DNA of 64,000 bases from Balanoglossus misakiensis (lineage: Eukaryota > Animalia > Hemichordata). Position 1 is the first letter of the stretch; every line of letters starts with the position of its first letter. The notes under the pieces were generated by a model, which was not told the origin of the DNA, made no database searches, and worked only from the letters and a program-made list of their open reading frames with translations. Location of the stretch: positions 3,341,025 through 3,405,024 of the forward strand of contig CM082596.2 of assembly GCA_040954595.2 (NCBI GenBank), in the 5' to 3' direction. Below, one piece after another: positions 1-21,938 of the stretch. The translations under genes were made by a program, and so were the position numbers.

Positions 1-199
1 GTCAGTCAGAAACCAAAGAAATGAGGATTTAGCTGGCACGAAACTTTCTTGATCATCACACGCAAAATGTCATTCCTCTGAAAGATGTGACTATTTTTGT
101 AAGTTTTGTTTTCCGAGACTTTTTCAGGGTTTCCTGAAGCTCAAAAAATCTCACACACGAAATCTCACACACGAACAGATGACGACAGACACAACAGAG

Positions 200-3100
200 T
201 ACATTTTAACATGAGAAATGAGTTTTTATTCATGTTTACTAAGACTGTATTTACACCATAAAATACCATCGGCTTATTATATACAAGATGTCAGTGGGGA
301 AATAATGAACAATGGGTACTCTCCATTTTTTTAAACTTCTCGTGTAAGCTTTACATCATGCATCAAATATTACAAAAAGACTATCACTACAAGACCTACA
401 ATCAAAGTACAAATATTTTACAATATTCGAGTTGACCACAGTATACACTACACTGGGGCTGTTACTCTACAGAGACTGGTACACTGAAAACATACAGGGC
501 AAGATCTCCATAGCAACTTGTCATCGTCGTGACAGTTAAACGTCGGTTCATGAGCCCAGTGTTCACAGATTCAATACAATATTTTTGTTTACAGGTGTTT
601 TATTCAACACTGACAATTATCATCGGACATCTCACGTATTTTGTACAAGAAAAAATTTGTTGTGTGAGTGAAAAACATACAAAAAGTGTTTTTTAAAGTG
701 TGTTTGCAAAGACTTTGGTCCGTTTGAGGCACTTCAGATGTCTAAACCTGTTCACCCCCGTTTATCCTGTGGTATGGTCCAATGCGGCCATTGGCGTTGC
801 TAGTGGAACACTTCACCAAGCAGGGGTTTCGGGGGGTGGTAGGTCTTAGTTGGCAGGCATAACTGCAGGGGGAGCAAAGTCTCCTGATCCAGAGAGATTA
901 CTGGACAGAAATATTTCAGTTCCAAGCCTAAGATTGTTTGCTTCGGGACCACACGGATAAAAGTTGGAAAAAAACCTGTTTACAAAACAGCTATGGAGTA
1001 GGAAGTGCTATCGTTAACCCCTCTTGTAAACTTTTACAAATTTTACGACTCATCAATAAAGTAGAAAAAAGCGGAGGAAAATCCCAAAAATGTGAAATAT
1101 GATGGGTGCCCTGAAGTATTTGATAGGTGGGTTTAGGTTCCCAAATTGCTGTGACTTACAATTTAAAGAGTTTTTTTTTTTTTACGTCAAATCTACCAGT
1201 AGAGCCGTTTTCAACTAGAGAGGTCCCAGGGCAGTCAGCAGGTAAGCCTGGCTGATTCTAAAGAAAACTATTCAGCTATGTCAATTCTAGCCACTTTAAA
1301 TACATTCTCTCCAATGAACATCAGGAATGTTGGACTTTCACATTTAAATTAACTATTACAAAAGAAGCTCCCCAAATTGATAATAGAAAAAAATGACCTT
1401 AGTGTATATGTATATCAAGCAAAAAACTTTTTGGGAAAAGTAACAAAAATAGAATTTTTTTTTTGAAAATTTTTTCAACTGTTCACATGCTCTTGATTTT
1501 AAATTCCATGTTTATGGCTGAATATACTTGTTTTTTCTTGATTGAAATTTTTTTGAGTTGAAATTTTTAAAACCAACATCGGAATGACATTCCGTGATTG
1601 AAAAAAAAGGTTGTCTTCTTTATATAGATACTGTTATTAATCTGTCTTCAAAGTTTCTAAATAAATTGCACTGGTTAAACTAATACATGCAAAGTTTGTC
1701 TGTTCTAAAATACAAGAAAAAATGTTCTGTGTTAGTTCCCCTCTAGTGACAAGCTGCACTCCCTGTTGAAGGGAAATGGAATCTTCCATTCATTAATGTG
1801 GGGATATTGCATTTTGCAGCCAAGTGAAGAAGCACCTTGTCTGTGTGTATGTACTTCTCAAACTATTGCAATGCTTGGATTTCTTTAGCAGCATTTGTGG
1901 ATTTTCCTTAAGAAGAAACGAACAAATCCCCTCACAATCAAAAACAGTGGGAAAACTTTTACCCAAATAACAAATAGTTTGAATAAATGGTGTCTGATCT
2001 GTTTATATCCACTGATACATTCATATCACATCAAGTACAAATTTTAACATCAAAAAATTTGACAAAACAAGTTCGCAATTGTTCACAGGCAAGTCTTTCT
2101 CCACACAGGTCAAACTTCACGTACCACATAAAGCATTATTCTCATACTCTCTGACAAACGCGTAGCTTAATTTGTTCAGGTTTTCTGAACAGACAAACTT
2201 GTACATTTCTACCCAAAGTAATACTGATAAATAAAACTTTGCTTCTCTCCAAAAGCAAAAAAAGAAAAGTTAATTGACATTATTATGCAGGCCAGCTGCA
2301 TGTAAAATATACTAAGATTGTCTTTTTTTGATATGATTGAATTGGTTCCTCACATTTTTGTGCTCTTTTCGGGACATGAAAACCTCTGTTGGGATACTGC
2401 GTTCCAAGTCACTGCAGGTCACATGACACCAAATGCTCCAATCACAGTTTGTTACTTTGTAACTGATCATGCAGTGAACAAACAGTTTTCTCACCAAGTG
2501 TGCGTGTCTGCTGTAGAGAAAAACTAACCATGGTTCATCCATAGATACTTGAGAAAAACATCTCGAGTATCAATGGGTATTCCTGCAACGCAGTTCTTTT
2601 TCTTGTCCCGAAAAGATATGGCATGATTGAAATAACAGAGGCTGTGTTGAAAATATCACCAAAAGGACAAGAAACGAATATACTTGCTGTACACAAAAAA
2701 AAAAATTGGTTTTTCAAACAGGACCACTTCCTTCCGAAAGGAAGACTCTTCCTCCTCCACAGTTCCATGCATGATTAACTCCCACCGAGGGGCACTTCTT
2801 TTAAAAAAGGCCAATTCAATCGGCACCATGCAAATTGCATCTACTCAATAGCACAGCGAACAAAAATGCATTCTAGTGGCACTTTGCATTTACATAACTA
2901 TGGACACGAAAAAGATCAGCCACAGAGGTGTCGACCTCTTTGTTACCTCAAATACATTACTCATGGTATCGGAATGCACAAAGTCAAACCCCCCTCACGT
3001 TACGTGCCAATATGCTCAACTTCACTCCCACAGATTTAAACCTTTTTGAAAAATCACAAATCTGACTTATCCTAGGTACAGATTACAAGTAGACCTGTGA

Positions 3101-5536
3101 TTAGCATATTGCCAAATTAGCATATTGCCTATAATTGCATTATTTGATTAAGCGAACCAGACATTGTAACAGGATTTTTTTTTCAAAGTAATTTCTGTCG
3201 CTAATATTTCACTAGGCTTATCAGAGTGGACTCTTTTTGAATTGGGGTAAAAAGATCAATAAAGTTCAAAACAAGCAGATGATATATTGGTGGGCTTTTG
3301 TTCTGAAAACAATTCAATATCAGGATGAAAGTCGGAGGTTTGTGAATAATTTAATGGCTGTCACATGTGTACCTCTGAAAAAAGTAGATTTCAAAATGAA
3401 ATGAATATAAATTCTTTATCGTAGAGACTTTGGAGCTGTCAAGGAGCATGCATGATTCATCAACTATTATTTCTCTACTCAAAATACCAAAGAAACTGGG
3501 AGATGTTTTCCCAAACAAAAAAAACAACACATTCTGGCAAAAATTGGCAGTGCCGTGGCAAAATAAACTGTACAGACACTTTCAAAAATGCAAAAATAAA
3601 TTTTTCATGGACCTGGCAAAGTTGCCTGTTTCACCTGCGCCGGTAACATAAACACAACAGAGAGATGATTTTTGCACGATTGTGGATTCACAATCGACGG
3701 AAGTTCATTTCCTGCTCGTGAAAACACATTTTAAAATAACTTGAAACACAGCCTCTGTTTAATCATCACCCACATTACAAAACCCATCCACCCCTGTAAT
3801 TCAATGGTGCACACCCAAACTTCACAAGCATAGGTTTCGGACCTTCCAGATTGTACGAACACGAGAGTAGATGGGGTTTGAGAGCAACCTTCCCCCCTAA
3901 TGATACACCTCTGAAATGAAATTATTACTAATATTCCTATACATGGTAATGAAATTTCAACATAATTACAATTTTAACATGAAATTGCCTTTTTGTACTG
4001 AATATTAAATGAAGAAAAAATATATGCCACCCAGCAGCATAAATTATACAATTCAAAAACTTATCCTATCAGGTGCTTTGGCTTTTTCCTGTAGTATCTT
4101 TACTTATGGGCATTGAGATGGTTTCAATGGTGTGGATTGAATCGTCCCTGAGGATTTCAATTCTGAAATCTCTGGGCTTTGATATCGAGAAGGCTTCCTG
4201 CTCTTCCTCATAACTCATGAGTCTTGCTTGATGTTATTTATTTGAACGTAAACAAAAACATTTTAACTGAAGGCACAGAGATGAAAATTTAACAACTGTT
4301 TTGATGTCATACGCAGAAATATTGGAACGGATATTTTCATTCTTAAAGACCTGCTGGGAAGCAGCAGTAATTGGGGCCCCTATCCTCAGTCCAGTTCAAA
4401 GCAGTGGATCGCGTCATGTGGTGTTATGTAAGACATTAGATAATGACAAAGCTGACACTTGACCTACTACATAAGAATGAATAATTCAACAGGAAGCTTG
4501 GACAGAAAGAGTTCCAGCTATACAAGGAACAGATTCCAGCAACACGACTATAATAATGAACATGCGTGTATCGACATGCTGGCTTCAAAATCACGACTCC
4601 ATACTAAATGCAGATATGTTTTATACCTGCACTGTATAGGCATGTATAGCAGCCAGGATAATACCTGATGAATATACAAATAGATCATTTGTGTTGGTAG
4701 GTCACATGACAAATCCAGCTTTCAGGAATGAGGATATCCTGATATGGGCCAGGAATCAAAACGCGTTTTCCTTCCTTCCTTCCTTTCCCAGTCACTTTTC
4801 CTCCCAATTCAATCCGTACCTTTCACCATGGCAATGCCCTTCACAGCCACCCTTTACACAAAGGTCTCTTGGTCTACGGAAACTAGTTTCCATGACGCCT
4901 ATAACTTCTGTCCACACAGATACACATTCCCTCTTTTAAAATCTTACTGTACATACACATTAATTCCATTATAAATGCATTGAATATGGGGCAATACTCA
5001 TACATACTGTAACATTTACACCAAATATATATTTCCTCACCGAATACTACAATATGCTTCTTTTTTTTCTGTCTTTCTGACCATGAGTTTTCCCCTTGCA
5101 TGTGTCTTTAAATTGACCACTAAACTGGTTGCCGTGACAATGTACGATACATATGCAGTTGAACATGTGACCAAAAGTGGAATTTTGCATTTAGAACGAC
5201 AGCGTCAAACATGACATATGTGTTTAAACAAACAAATCAGACACAAGACAAGACGAAAATTCATGCCCCTTAACATACTTTGACACCTTTTAAACAATGC
5301 AAATTTTTTTCGCATTCCAAGTTAAACCGAGTATCTTTTTTTTTAACGTAGTACGTAGCACCAACAGCCACTTGGTACAACCCAACAGAACTAATATATT
5401 CTGCTGCATACTGGCCTTTGACCTATGACCTTTTTACCTGGCTGTCACCTGCATACATGAAGAGTACACAAGTGGTGCGTGATGTGTTGGGAGATATGGC
5501 AACCACGCGGTCACGGTTGCCAGGGCGACAGACTGT
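200..5536 (-). other. probable long 3' UTR of KLF6/7
   Basis: No credible ORF; AT-rich. Minus-strand AATAAA at 225-230 followed by a GU-rich tract (~155-200). Pumilio-type TGTAHATA at 248-255 and 278-285. The extent is inferred. Confidence 0.5.
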
Positions 5537-14435
<8,899 letters not shown>

Positions 14436-14549
14436 CTGCAATGCTATGGAAAGCCAAAAGGCTGAAGAAAATCTGAGAATACCGACTGTCTGAGTAGGGC
14501 CAAAATAACACGACAGGTTGTGTGTGCGTTGACTGTAGACAGCTAGGCA

Positions 14550-14910
14550 GATATCACTGATCACGGGTTAGAGTAACCCCAGATCCCGACATGTAAATAG
14601 CGCTACAGAAGTGGACGGCCCCTTGTTTTGAGAACCAACCAATGATCAGACGACTTTTGTCAAGTAAATTACCACTGCCAAGGCTGGAGCCAATGATAGT
14701 ACCCGTTGTGTTTTCAACGCAATGCCCTGTGCACTCAAGCTTGCAAAGGGCTACCATGATTGGCCTGGTGCTCGGTAACTGTGAGCCCATATATGGGAAA
14801 AGTGGAATGTTAATAAGCATTTCTATTTTTAGCACCCTATATAAAGCCGTGCAGCGATGGCGCTTACATCGCTCATTCTGCCGTCAATGAGTCATCTAGT
14901 AAACAGCGCT
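14550..14910 (-). promoter_or_regulatory. KLF6/7 proximal promoter
   Basis: Inr-like TCAGT (~14557-14561, minus) with TATTTA ~33 bp upstream. CCAAT at 14639, 14690 and 14759. CArG CCATATATGG 14787-14796, GGAATG 14804-14809, MEF2 CTATTTTTAG 14823-14832, AP-1 TGAGTCA 14888-14894 and FOX GTAAACA 14899-14905. Confidence 0.7.
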
Positions 14911-17404
14911 GTGTTGAGGTCTCCTCCGAGCACGAACCTTGTGAATAACGTTTTCAACAATTTATCCCAAATGTAAATTTACAGATCCAAATATTTCGCC
15001 ATTTGCGATGCATAATATAAAGATATAGACATCTGTAATATTTTTCACCAGTTCACATGTCAGTTTCAGTACCGCTTCCGCTCATTACAGAACATAGTAG
15101 TAATACAAAGTACGAGCGAGTATGTTTCCGTATAGAAAGTTGGTATATGTCGAGAGTTTTTCTTTGTACGCCAATCACATGCGCATGACAAATGATTTAA
15201 TTCAGTGTTGAACCCCTATATGAGAAAAACTAACTTTCTTATTCGACCAAACGGGATATAAAAGTCGTAAGTTGTTCAGAAAGTTCTGAAAGAAGTTCCC
15301 GATGCAGATAACCTCTACGTTGCCGGTCAATCCCGGCCGTTCCCCGATAAAAGTGAACACTAAGACCTTTCTTAAAAGCAAAAGTTTCATAATGCTTGAT
15401 ACAGTGTAATGGATATTTAAACTTTTGATAACATTTCATATGACTGGTCTGTGATCGCCAATCCGAGGTGAGTGATTTTGCATGACCTGTTAGTGTCATC
15501 GAACTTAATTCGGGTCTTTGTAAAACTTTCAATGCGAAATCACACATCGTCAAACCTGCTGATTACGATCCATTCTCGTGCAGTTTTAGAATTTTTTGGA
15601 ACTATCGATAACCTGATTACTAGTAATGCAAAAGGTAACTTCTGTTGTGAGATATCCTAGCTTTTCATGAAATGGACAATACGCAATCAAAGATTCGAGT
15701 TCATCGTGGTTTAGAGATTTGAAACAGACGCAACAGTATATTTCCAGGACAAAAATACCGAATAAAAACAGCCAAAGGTTACTCCAGCTAATGGATCTTC
15801 AATCTAATTACATTTTACGTTAATGAAATAACTATTTTGTATGCACACTCGAACTTATATCATCAATTTGCACTGTCGTAGAGATTATGTCTAACGAAAG
15901 ATACAGACATTGTACAATCTATCGAACGATGGCGCTATATCATTCCGGATTGTCAGACCCCTGGACACCAAGTGTGTAGCGTGGATTCAACGAGCGACTT
16001 TCATCGCGAGTGATGCGATAGTAAACACTTTAATTCGGCAAAATATTTTCCGACTTCTCCGATACAATATTTAAATAATATCTCAAGCCTATTCTGACAA
16101 AAAATAGCACAAGGGTGGTTGTATCTACAAACTTCTAGTTCGTAAAAAAGTTAGCATCATGTTTCCATGGCATCCGACTGCGCAAGTTGCTATTTTTAAA
16201 CAACTGAGTCCAGATATACTGATATACGATTATCCACGTGACTCGCCGAAAGCGTTATAAAACATAAATTGTGGAAATTTTCGTCATCAAGGCAATATCC
16301 AAAATAGTTGTTAAATTACGGACGGATTGATATTATTGGCCCAAAGCAAAATCTGTTGGTTTCAAAGCCGAAATCGAAAGTTGTTTATCGCAAACCGTGA
16401 CCACACCCAATACTTAGTTATAACGGATATTTTCGTCACCTTTTCCGCAACAAGACTGGTCCCGACAGATCAGAAGGCCGACTCATTCAGAATATACATT
16501 ACAGTTAGAATATCAGTAAACTTTCTTGGACTCCGAGAATAATGCAATCGAAAGCATTGAATGGTTCTCCACCCACCCACGGAATCATTGTGGACTTGGG
16601 CGTTTAATGCATATACGCAAGCAACTTCGTAATACGCTTCGGAATCTACATCAGCAATGCGTCTCTCGGTGGCATTTCGGTTCTCTTAGTCATCACCGGG
16701 GAATTATTTTGCACCAGCTATCTAACTTTAAGTCGGCGTCGGTAAGCACTAATATTTTGGCGAAACTCCGAACATCTGCCTGCCGCTGTTCTCTTTGTTA
16801 GCTTCAGGCTTCAAACGCTTTGTTCGCGGGCCTCACACCTGCCGAAGTACAAATAAACAATACGCCCCACGGAAAATTCAACTCTCCGAAATGACTTGGA
16901 AATTTTGAAATGCGTCTACGGAAAGAAACACTGCAGTGGACTTACCTCACTCTTTTCCGCAACTCGGGCGATGAGTGTGACTCTGCTGGTGTCATTTTTG
17001 CTTCACCGCCGGCCATGGACTGTTCATATATGGGTGTCGCAGTATACAGACAGTTTGCAACGCGCAGTTGTAGACACAGTAGGTGTGGTACTCTATACCC
17101 TGTACTGTGTGTTGCATACAGCGGTCATCGCACACAATCGAACATGCATAATTAATGATTACGCTCTTGCCGGGCGTACCCGCGTGGTTCAGCTGACAGC
17201 CACGCGTTTCATATGTTAACTGCCCCACTTATGAAAGGTCGGCTGATGGCGAGATAAATATCATTTTCAAAAAGATATATGAAATAAATCATGACGTACC
17301 GAAGCGTGTGATGCGAGTGGTCAACATTTAAGCGTTTTGTGATTTGTTCAAAGGACGTGCGATTTCGCTCTATAGATATTCGCGCAGAATTTAATTGCAA
17401 TATA

Positions 17405-17439
<35 letters not shown>

Positions 17440-17458
17440 CCATCATCATCACCATCAC

Positions 17459-17493
<35 letters not shown>

Positions 17494-17527
17494 CCATCAC
17501 CATCATCATCATCATCATCATCATCAT
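17405..17527. repeat. (CAT)n microsatellite with CAC interruptions
   Basis: About 41 trinucleotide units are directly visible. They explain the poly-His and poly-Ser ORFs in the track. Confidence 0.98.
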
Positions 17528-18616
17528 ACGACAATTGTGGACAGTATGCGATTACAATTTCATGTGTCACTTTTATAATTCTAATTATAATATAAACTTC
17601 TCGGTGTTATTTATTCAACATCACGCCTTAATATTAGAAATCAAAATTGTCTAGATTGTTCATAGGCCACAGTATATGTAAAATTCCTAATTGAGTCTGT
17701 CCCGAGATTTGAGGTTCCGCAGAGACGCCTCACTTCGACAATTCTCAGAAAATGAAAACACTTTTAACATGCGCGTTAAACTAGGGATCGCCGAGTTTTC
17801 AACTTGGAAAATTGTGTTCCTGTAAGGACGCATTTGATATTTGTGAAACACGCTCGACAAAAAGAAACACCTCCGCTACGTGCTTTAATCGCCTGCTTTT
17901 CAGTTGTTGTCAGGGCCACATGGTCTTTCAATAGTTTGCGCATGTTGATGGTTATCAGTATGGACTGTTCACCAAGCTTTGGGAAGCTGACCAGCATACT
18001 TTTATGTTTTGTTGAAAAAAACGTCCCTCCATGATGGAGGAACGCGGTGGAGGAACCGCGATGTCATGTTGTATGATCACTTATGCGCAAGCGACAACGA
18101 AACAAATGCCCTCTATCCTAAATTATTGAAAAGTCACGAAGTGTCACCTTTGTCCTAGTTTAACTCATTTGCAGTGCGTTTACTTTTTAAAAAAAAGTGG
18201 ATGTAAAATTCTATAAGTTTTGCTGAACAAAGTTTATAATTCCTAAACGCTTGCTTTAGGCCTACTTAACTTTAAAGTAGTTAGTTCATGAAATGAACAA
18301 GGTCTCGCTAAGAGGCCAGGCTAGGGGGTCAGGGGCTTCCCCTGTTACCCACAAAGCATTGCAAACAAAATGGCGACCACCATGAGTAGATAAACAAGAG
18401 TATTTCCGATTCAAAGTTTGGCAGTATTACGGTAGTTTTCACACTCCCACTCGGTGAGTTTGTGGTGTTTTAACGATTTGATGGATGTGACTTTGCTTTG
18501 CTATGACGTACACAGAGGGGAAAACGGCGCACAAGGTTGTGCAGTGTTTATTAGTTACGGAGTGAACGAGTTTGTTGCCCTACCCAACTTGTCCCAAATT
18601 CTGAGTACTATCTACC

Positions 18617-18784
18617 TAGCTGCAATGAATGTAGCCCTGGTGGGTTGGTTGATCGCTGACGGGGGGCTTGATCGCTGTTGGCCTGGTGGGGTTGGTTGAT
18701 CGCTGACGGGGGGCTTGATCACTGACGGCCCCACCAGGCCGTCAGCGATCAACCAACCCACCAGGGCTACAATTATTGCAGCTA
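18617..18784. mobile_element. MITE-like foldback element with 46-bp terminal inverted repeats
   Basis: TAGCTGCAATGAATGTAGCCCTGGTGGGTTGGTTGATCGCTGACGG at the left and its reverse complement (2 mismatches) at the right. TA at both ends. Internal duplication of the CCTGGTGGG...GGCTTGATC block. Confidence 0.7.
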
Positions 18785-18978
18785 CTACATGTATCTACCA
18801 AAATGACTCATGCATGTACTGCCGAGTGGAAGGGGGCTACGGACGCTACCCGAAATGGCAGTTAATGAATATACTCAATACTGCTGGTTTTTTTTCTGCA
18901 GGCGCAAAAAAGTTGAAACTGCAAGTGTACAGTTTAAACTCCATTCCACCAACTTGTGTTGTACAGAAAGAAACCGAC

Positions 18979-21938
18979 ATGGCAGACTTGCAAGAAGTCA
19001 CCAGACAACTATTCAGCAAGGTAAGGACAGACAGAGAATACTGCTGCACATTACACTGTTTTCTTATTTCAAGTTTCACCTCGCATGTAACACTTTCACC
19101 ACCATGACGCGATATATCTCCATTGTTTCCATAGCAACGCTTGACCTTATACAGAGAAATGGGGGGGGGGGGGTTGTAAGGGTTAAGTTTTACCACATGT
19201 AGGCATTACACACAATGTAAAAACACATTACTGTGCCCAAGCTACCAACCTAACTAAGCCATGTCATGTATGACTTCTGCAGGCTAAGAAGTTGGCCGAC
19301 TCCAGCGGCTGGAGTGTGTTTGTGAAAGTGGTGTCCCCAAGCCACCCTGGCGAGTACTTCGGCACTTTTGACCTGGCAGAAAAGTATCGGAAAAACGGAC
19401 TGCAGCTGGAACAAGGCGAGTGTGAAGTCAACATGGATGGTGACAGAGTGGCGGTGTTGTTGTCAGAGCAAGAGGCAATAGTCCAGGAATTTGAAGAACT
19501 GAAGAAGTCACAGGAGAATCAAATGGGTATGTTTTGAAAAGCGTCTTTATATTATTAGATCACTTTCCTGTTCCAGACATTTATGAAAATGGTTGCTATT
19601 TAGGCAGTGTGTCGAAATTACTTTCCTGACTTTACAGACTCCTCTCTAATCAGGACACCTTTATTAAGGACATATTTTCCAAGACGAAATCACTGTTTGA
19701 GCAGTATATTACCTGTCTACTAAGGACATGTCTCAATTAAGGACATATTCTGTGGTCCCAGAGGTGTCCTTAATGGACAGATTTTTCACTGTATTTGGTG
19801 CTTTTTCTGCGACCAAAAACACTCCCTTCATTTACAAGTATGGTATACTTGTTTTTTTAATATGTGTTCAGAAACTGAATGCCACAAGGAAGCCAGTCTT
19901 GTTGCGAAGGTGAAAAGCGAGGAGGGTGTTCAGCAAACGACTGGAGAGGCAGAACAAGGATGCCAAGTTTTCCGAGTGGAATCAGCGGCAGAGGCGGCCA
20001 CTGCAGGTACTGATTTGGTATCTGAGATGGACCTGTCTTCAGTCTTGACCACTCTGCGGGACAAACTTCAGGGACTGTCGGAGGAGGAGCCCCAGGTGCT
20101 CCTGCCGACCATCATGGAAATCATTAAACACATGTCTTCAGACGTCGGTGGAGAAGGCAGGCCTCAGCAGGAGAAGGTGGCAAAGAAGTCTGCAGAAGAG
20201 GACGATGGCAATGTCGGCTCCGGTATCATTGATAAAGAGTGGCTTCCAAGGCAGTTAATGTCAAGGAGCAGCAAAGGGAGACGGAAGGCCAGGAAACCAA
20301 GAAGGTACGCTGTTGAAAGCGATGGGGAAACTCTCTCCGAGCCCAGGAGAAAATGTGCCGGCAGAGGCAGGCCACAGAAATACCCTGACTGTGTCGTGGC
20401 AGTTAACATGGAAAGGGATACGCTGGTAGATAGTCAGAGTGAAAGTCAAGGCCAACAAAGTGAAGTCAAACCTAGAAAGCGTGGCCGCCCACGAAAGCAT
20501 GTTCTCTCCACACAAGATGAAATTGACGATGAGAAGACTGTGCGCAGTGAGAACACAATCATAAGGAATCTGTATGTCTGTAAGGACTGTAACCTGTCTT
20601 TTTCTTCGGTGGCCAATCTGCAGACACACTTCAACAAGCATTCTGGCGTGAAGCCTCACACTTGTGATGTGTGCGACAAAAAATTCCTGCATTACAACAG
20701 TCTACGGGTGCACAGGCTGACTCACACGGGCGAAAAAGCCTTTGCGTGTGACATATGCGACAAAACCTTCGCACTGGCCAACACGTTGAGGGATCACATG
20801 AAAACGCATACCAAAGAGCGCCCCCACAAGTGCAAGATCTGCCTGAAGGGATTTACGCAGAGGGGGAGCTTGCACGCGCACATGCGACTTCATACGGGCG
20901 AAAAACCTTTTGAATGTAACGAGTGTGGGAAGAAATTTGCTCAGGCCAATGGTCTCAGGACGCATGTGATGTCGCATACGGGGGCTAAACCCTACAAGTG
21001 TACAGTATGTGACAAAGCCTTCAATTCTGCCTTCAGACTGAAGTGCCACAAGGCCGTGCATGAGGACAAGTTGCCGTACCCCTGTGAATTGTGTGACAAG
21101 GCCTTCACCATGCAGTGCCATTTGAACCAGCACCACCGGAAATGCCACCTGAAACTCCGACCTTACCTCTGTGACACGTGCGGGAAAGACTTCGCCGACT
21201 CCAAAACCCTGTACTACCACAAGAAGATCCACTCGGACGACCCCAAGCAGTTTGCGTGCAAGCACTGCCCCCGGGGGTTCCACTCCAAGTCCCTGCTCAG
21301 GAAGCACGAGCGCATACATACCGGGGAGAAACCCTTCTCGTGCCCCAAGTGCGGCAAGAAGTTCGGCCGCTCCGACAACCTGCGCTGCCACATGAAGATC
21401 CACAACCGAGGCGATGCAGATTTCACCTGTGACCAGTGTGCCAGGACATTCAAAAGCGAGACGAACCTCCGGAAGCACCAGAACGATTTCCACAGCGTGG
21501 TGGCAGTTCTCGCCGCTGAGAAACCGGAAGAGGTCATAAACCCAGAAACTGCAGCTGCTGATACTACAACCACCACATACGTGTTGCAGATGGATCCATC
21601 AGTCGCTCTGTCAACTTGGTATGTACAAATGTATTACACTGAGTTTTATTCAAGACTCGCTGTCCTGACAGTAAACAGAAATACATGTATATTTCAATTT
21701 GTTTATTTGACCGAATTTATGTCATTATTGTGACTTGAATTTTTGTTGCATTTTCTTTCTCCAAAGGCCTCCCCAGGTTCAAGTTCAAGATTCAACGGAT
21801 GCCTCACAGACAGATCCTAGTGGTGGTCTGCCTGTTGTTGCCAGTGTCACTCTGCAGAATGCCACGGACGAAGAATTGAGATCGGCCACTGCCTTGCTGT
21901 TGTCAGCAACCCAGGAATCTTTTCCCAAACTACAGTGA
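18979..21938 (+). CDS. C2H2 zinc-finger protein (11 fingers, 2 AT-hooks, uncharacterised N-terminal domain), 4 coding exons, 734 aa
   Basis: Exons 18979-19020 (MADLQEVTRQLFSK), 19283-19526, 19872-21618 and 21767-21938. All are GT-AG with consistent phases and total 2205 nt. AT-hooks GRGRP and RKRGRPRK; 11 CxxC-x12-Hx3-4H fingers with TGEKP-type linkers. AATAAA at 22832-22837. Confidence 0.92.
19633..19793. mobile_element. Tc1/mariner (pogo-like) non-autonomous MITE remnant in zinc-finger intron
   Basis: TA-CAG...CTG-TA ends. Inverted subterminal CTCTCTAATCAGGACACC / GGTGTCCTTAATGGACAG, plus internal AAGGACA repeats. Confidence 0.6.

Noticed and set aside
490-5365. Seed matches to conserved miRNAs in the KLF 3' UTR (miR-133 at 714, miR-8/200 at 2219, miR-34 at 3545, miR-29 at 5356, others)
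   Set aside because: A few 7-8-mer hits are expected by chance in 5.3 kb; not supportable without conservation data.
17339-17595. Poly-His and poly-Ser ORFs
   Set aside because: They are translations of the (CAT)n microsatellite.
20702-21576. Long antisense and alternative-frame ORFs over the finger array
   Set aside because: Shadow ORFs caused by GC-rich third codon positions in the real zinc-finger exon.
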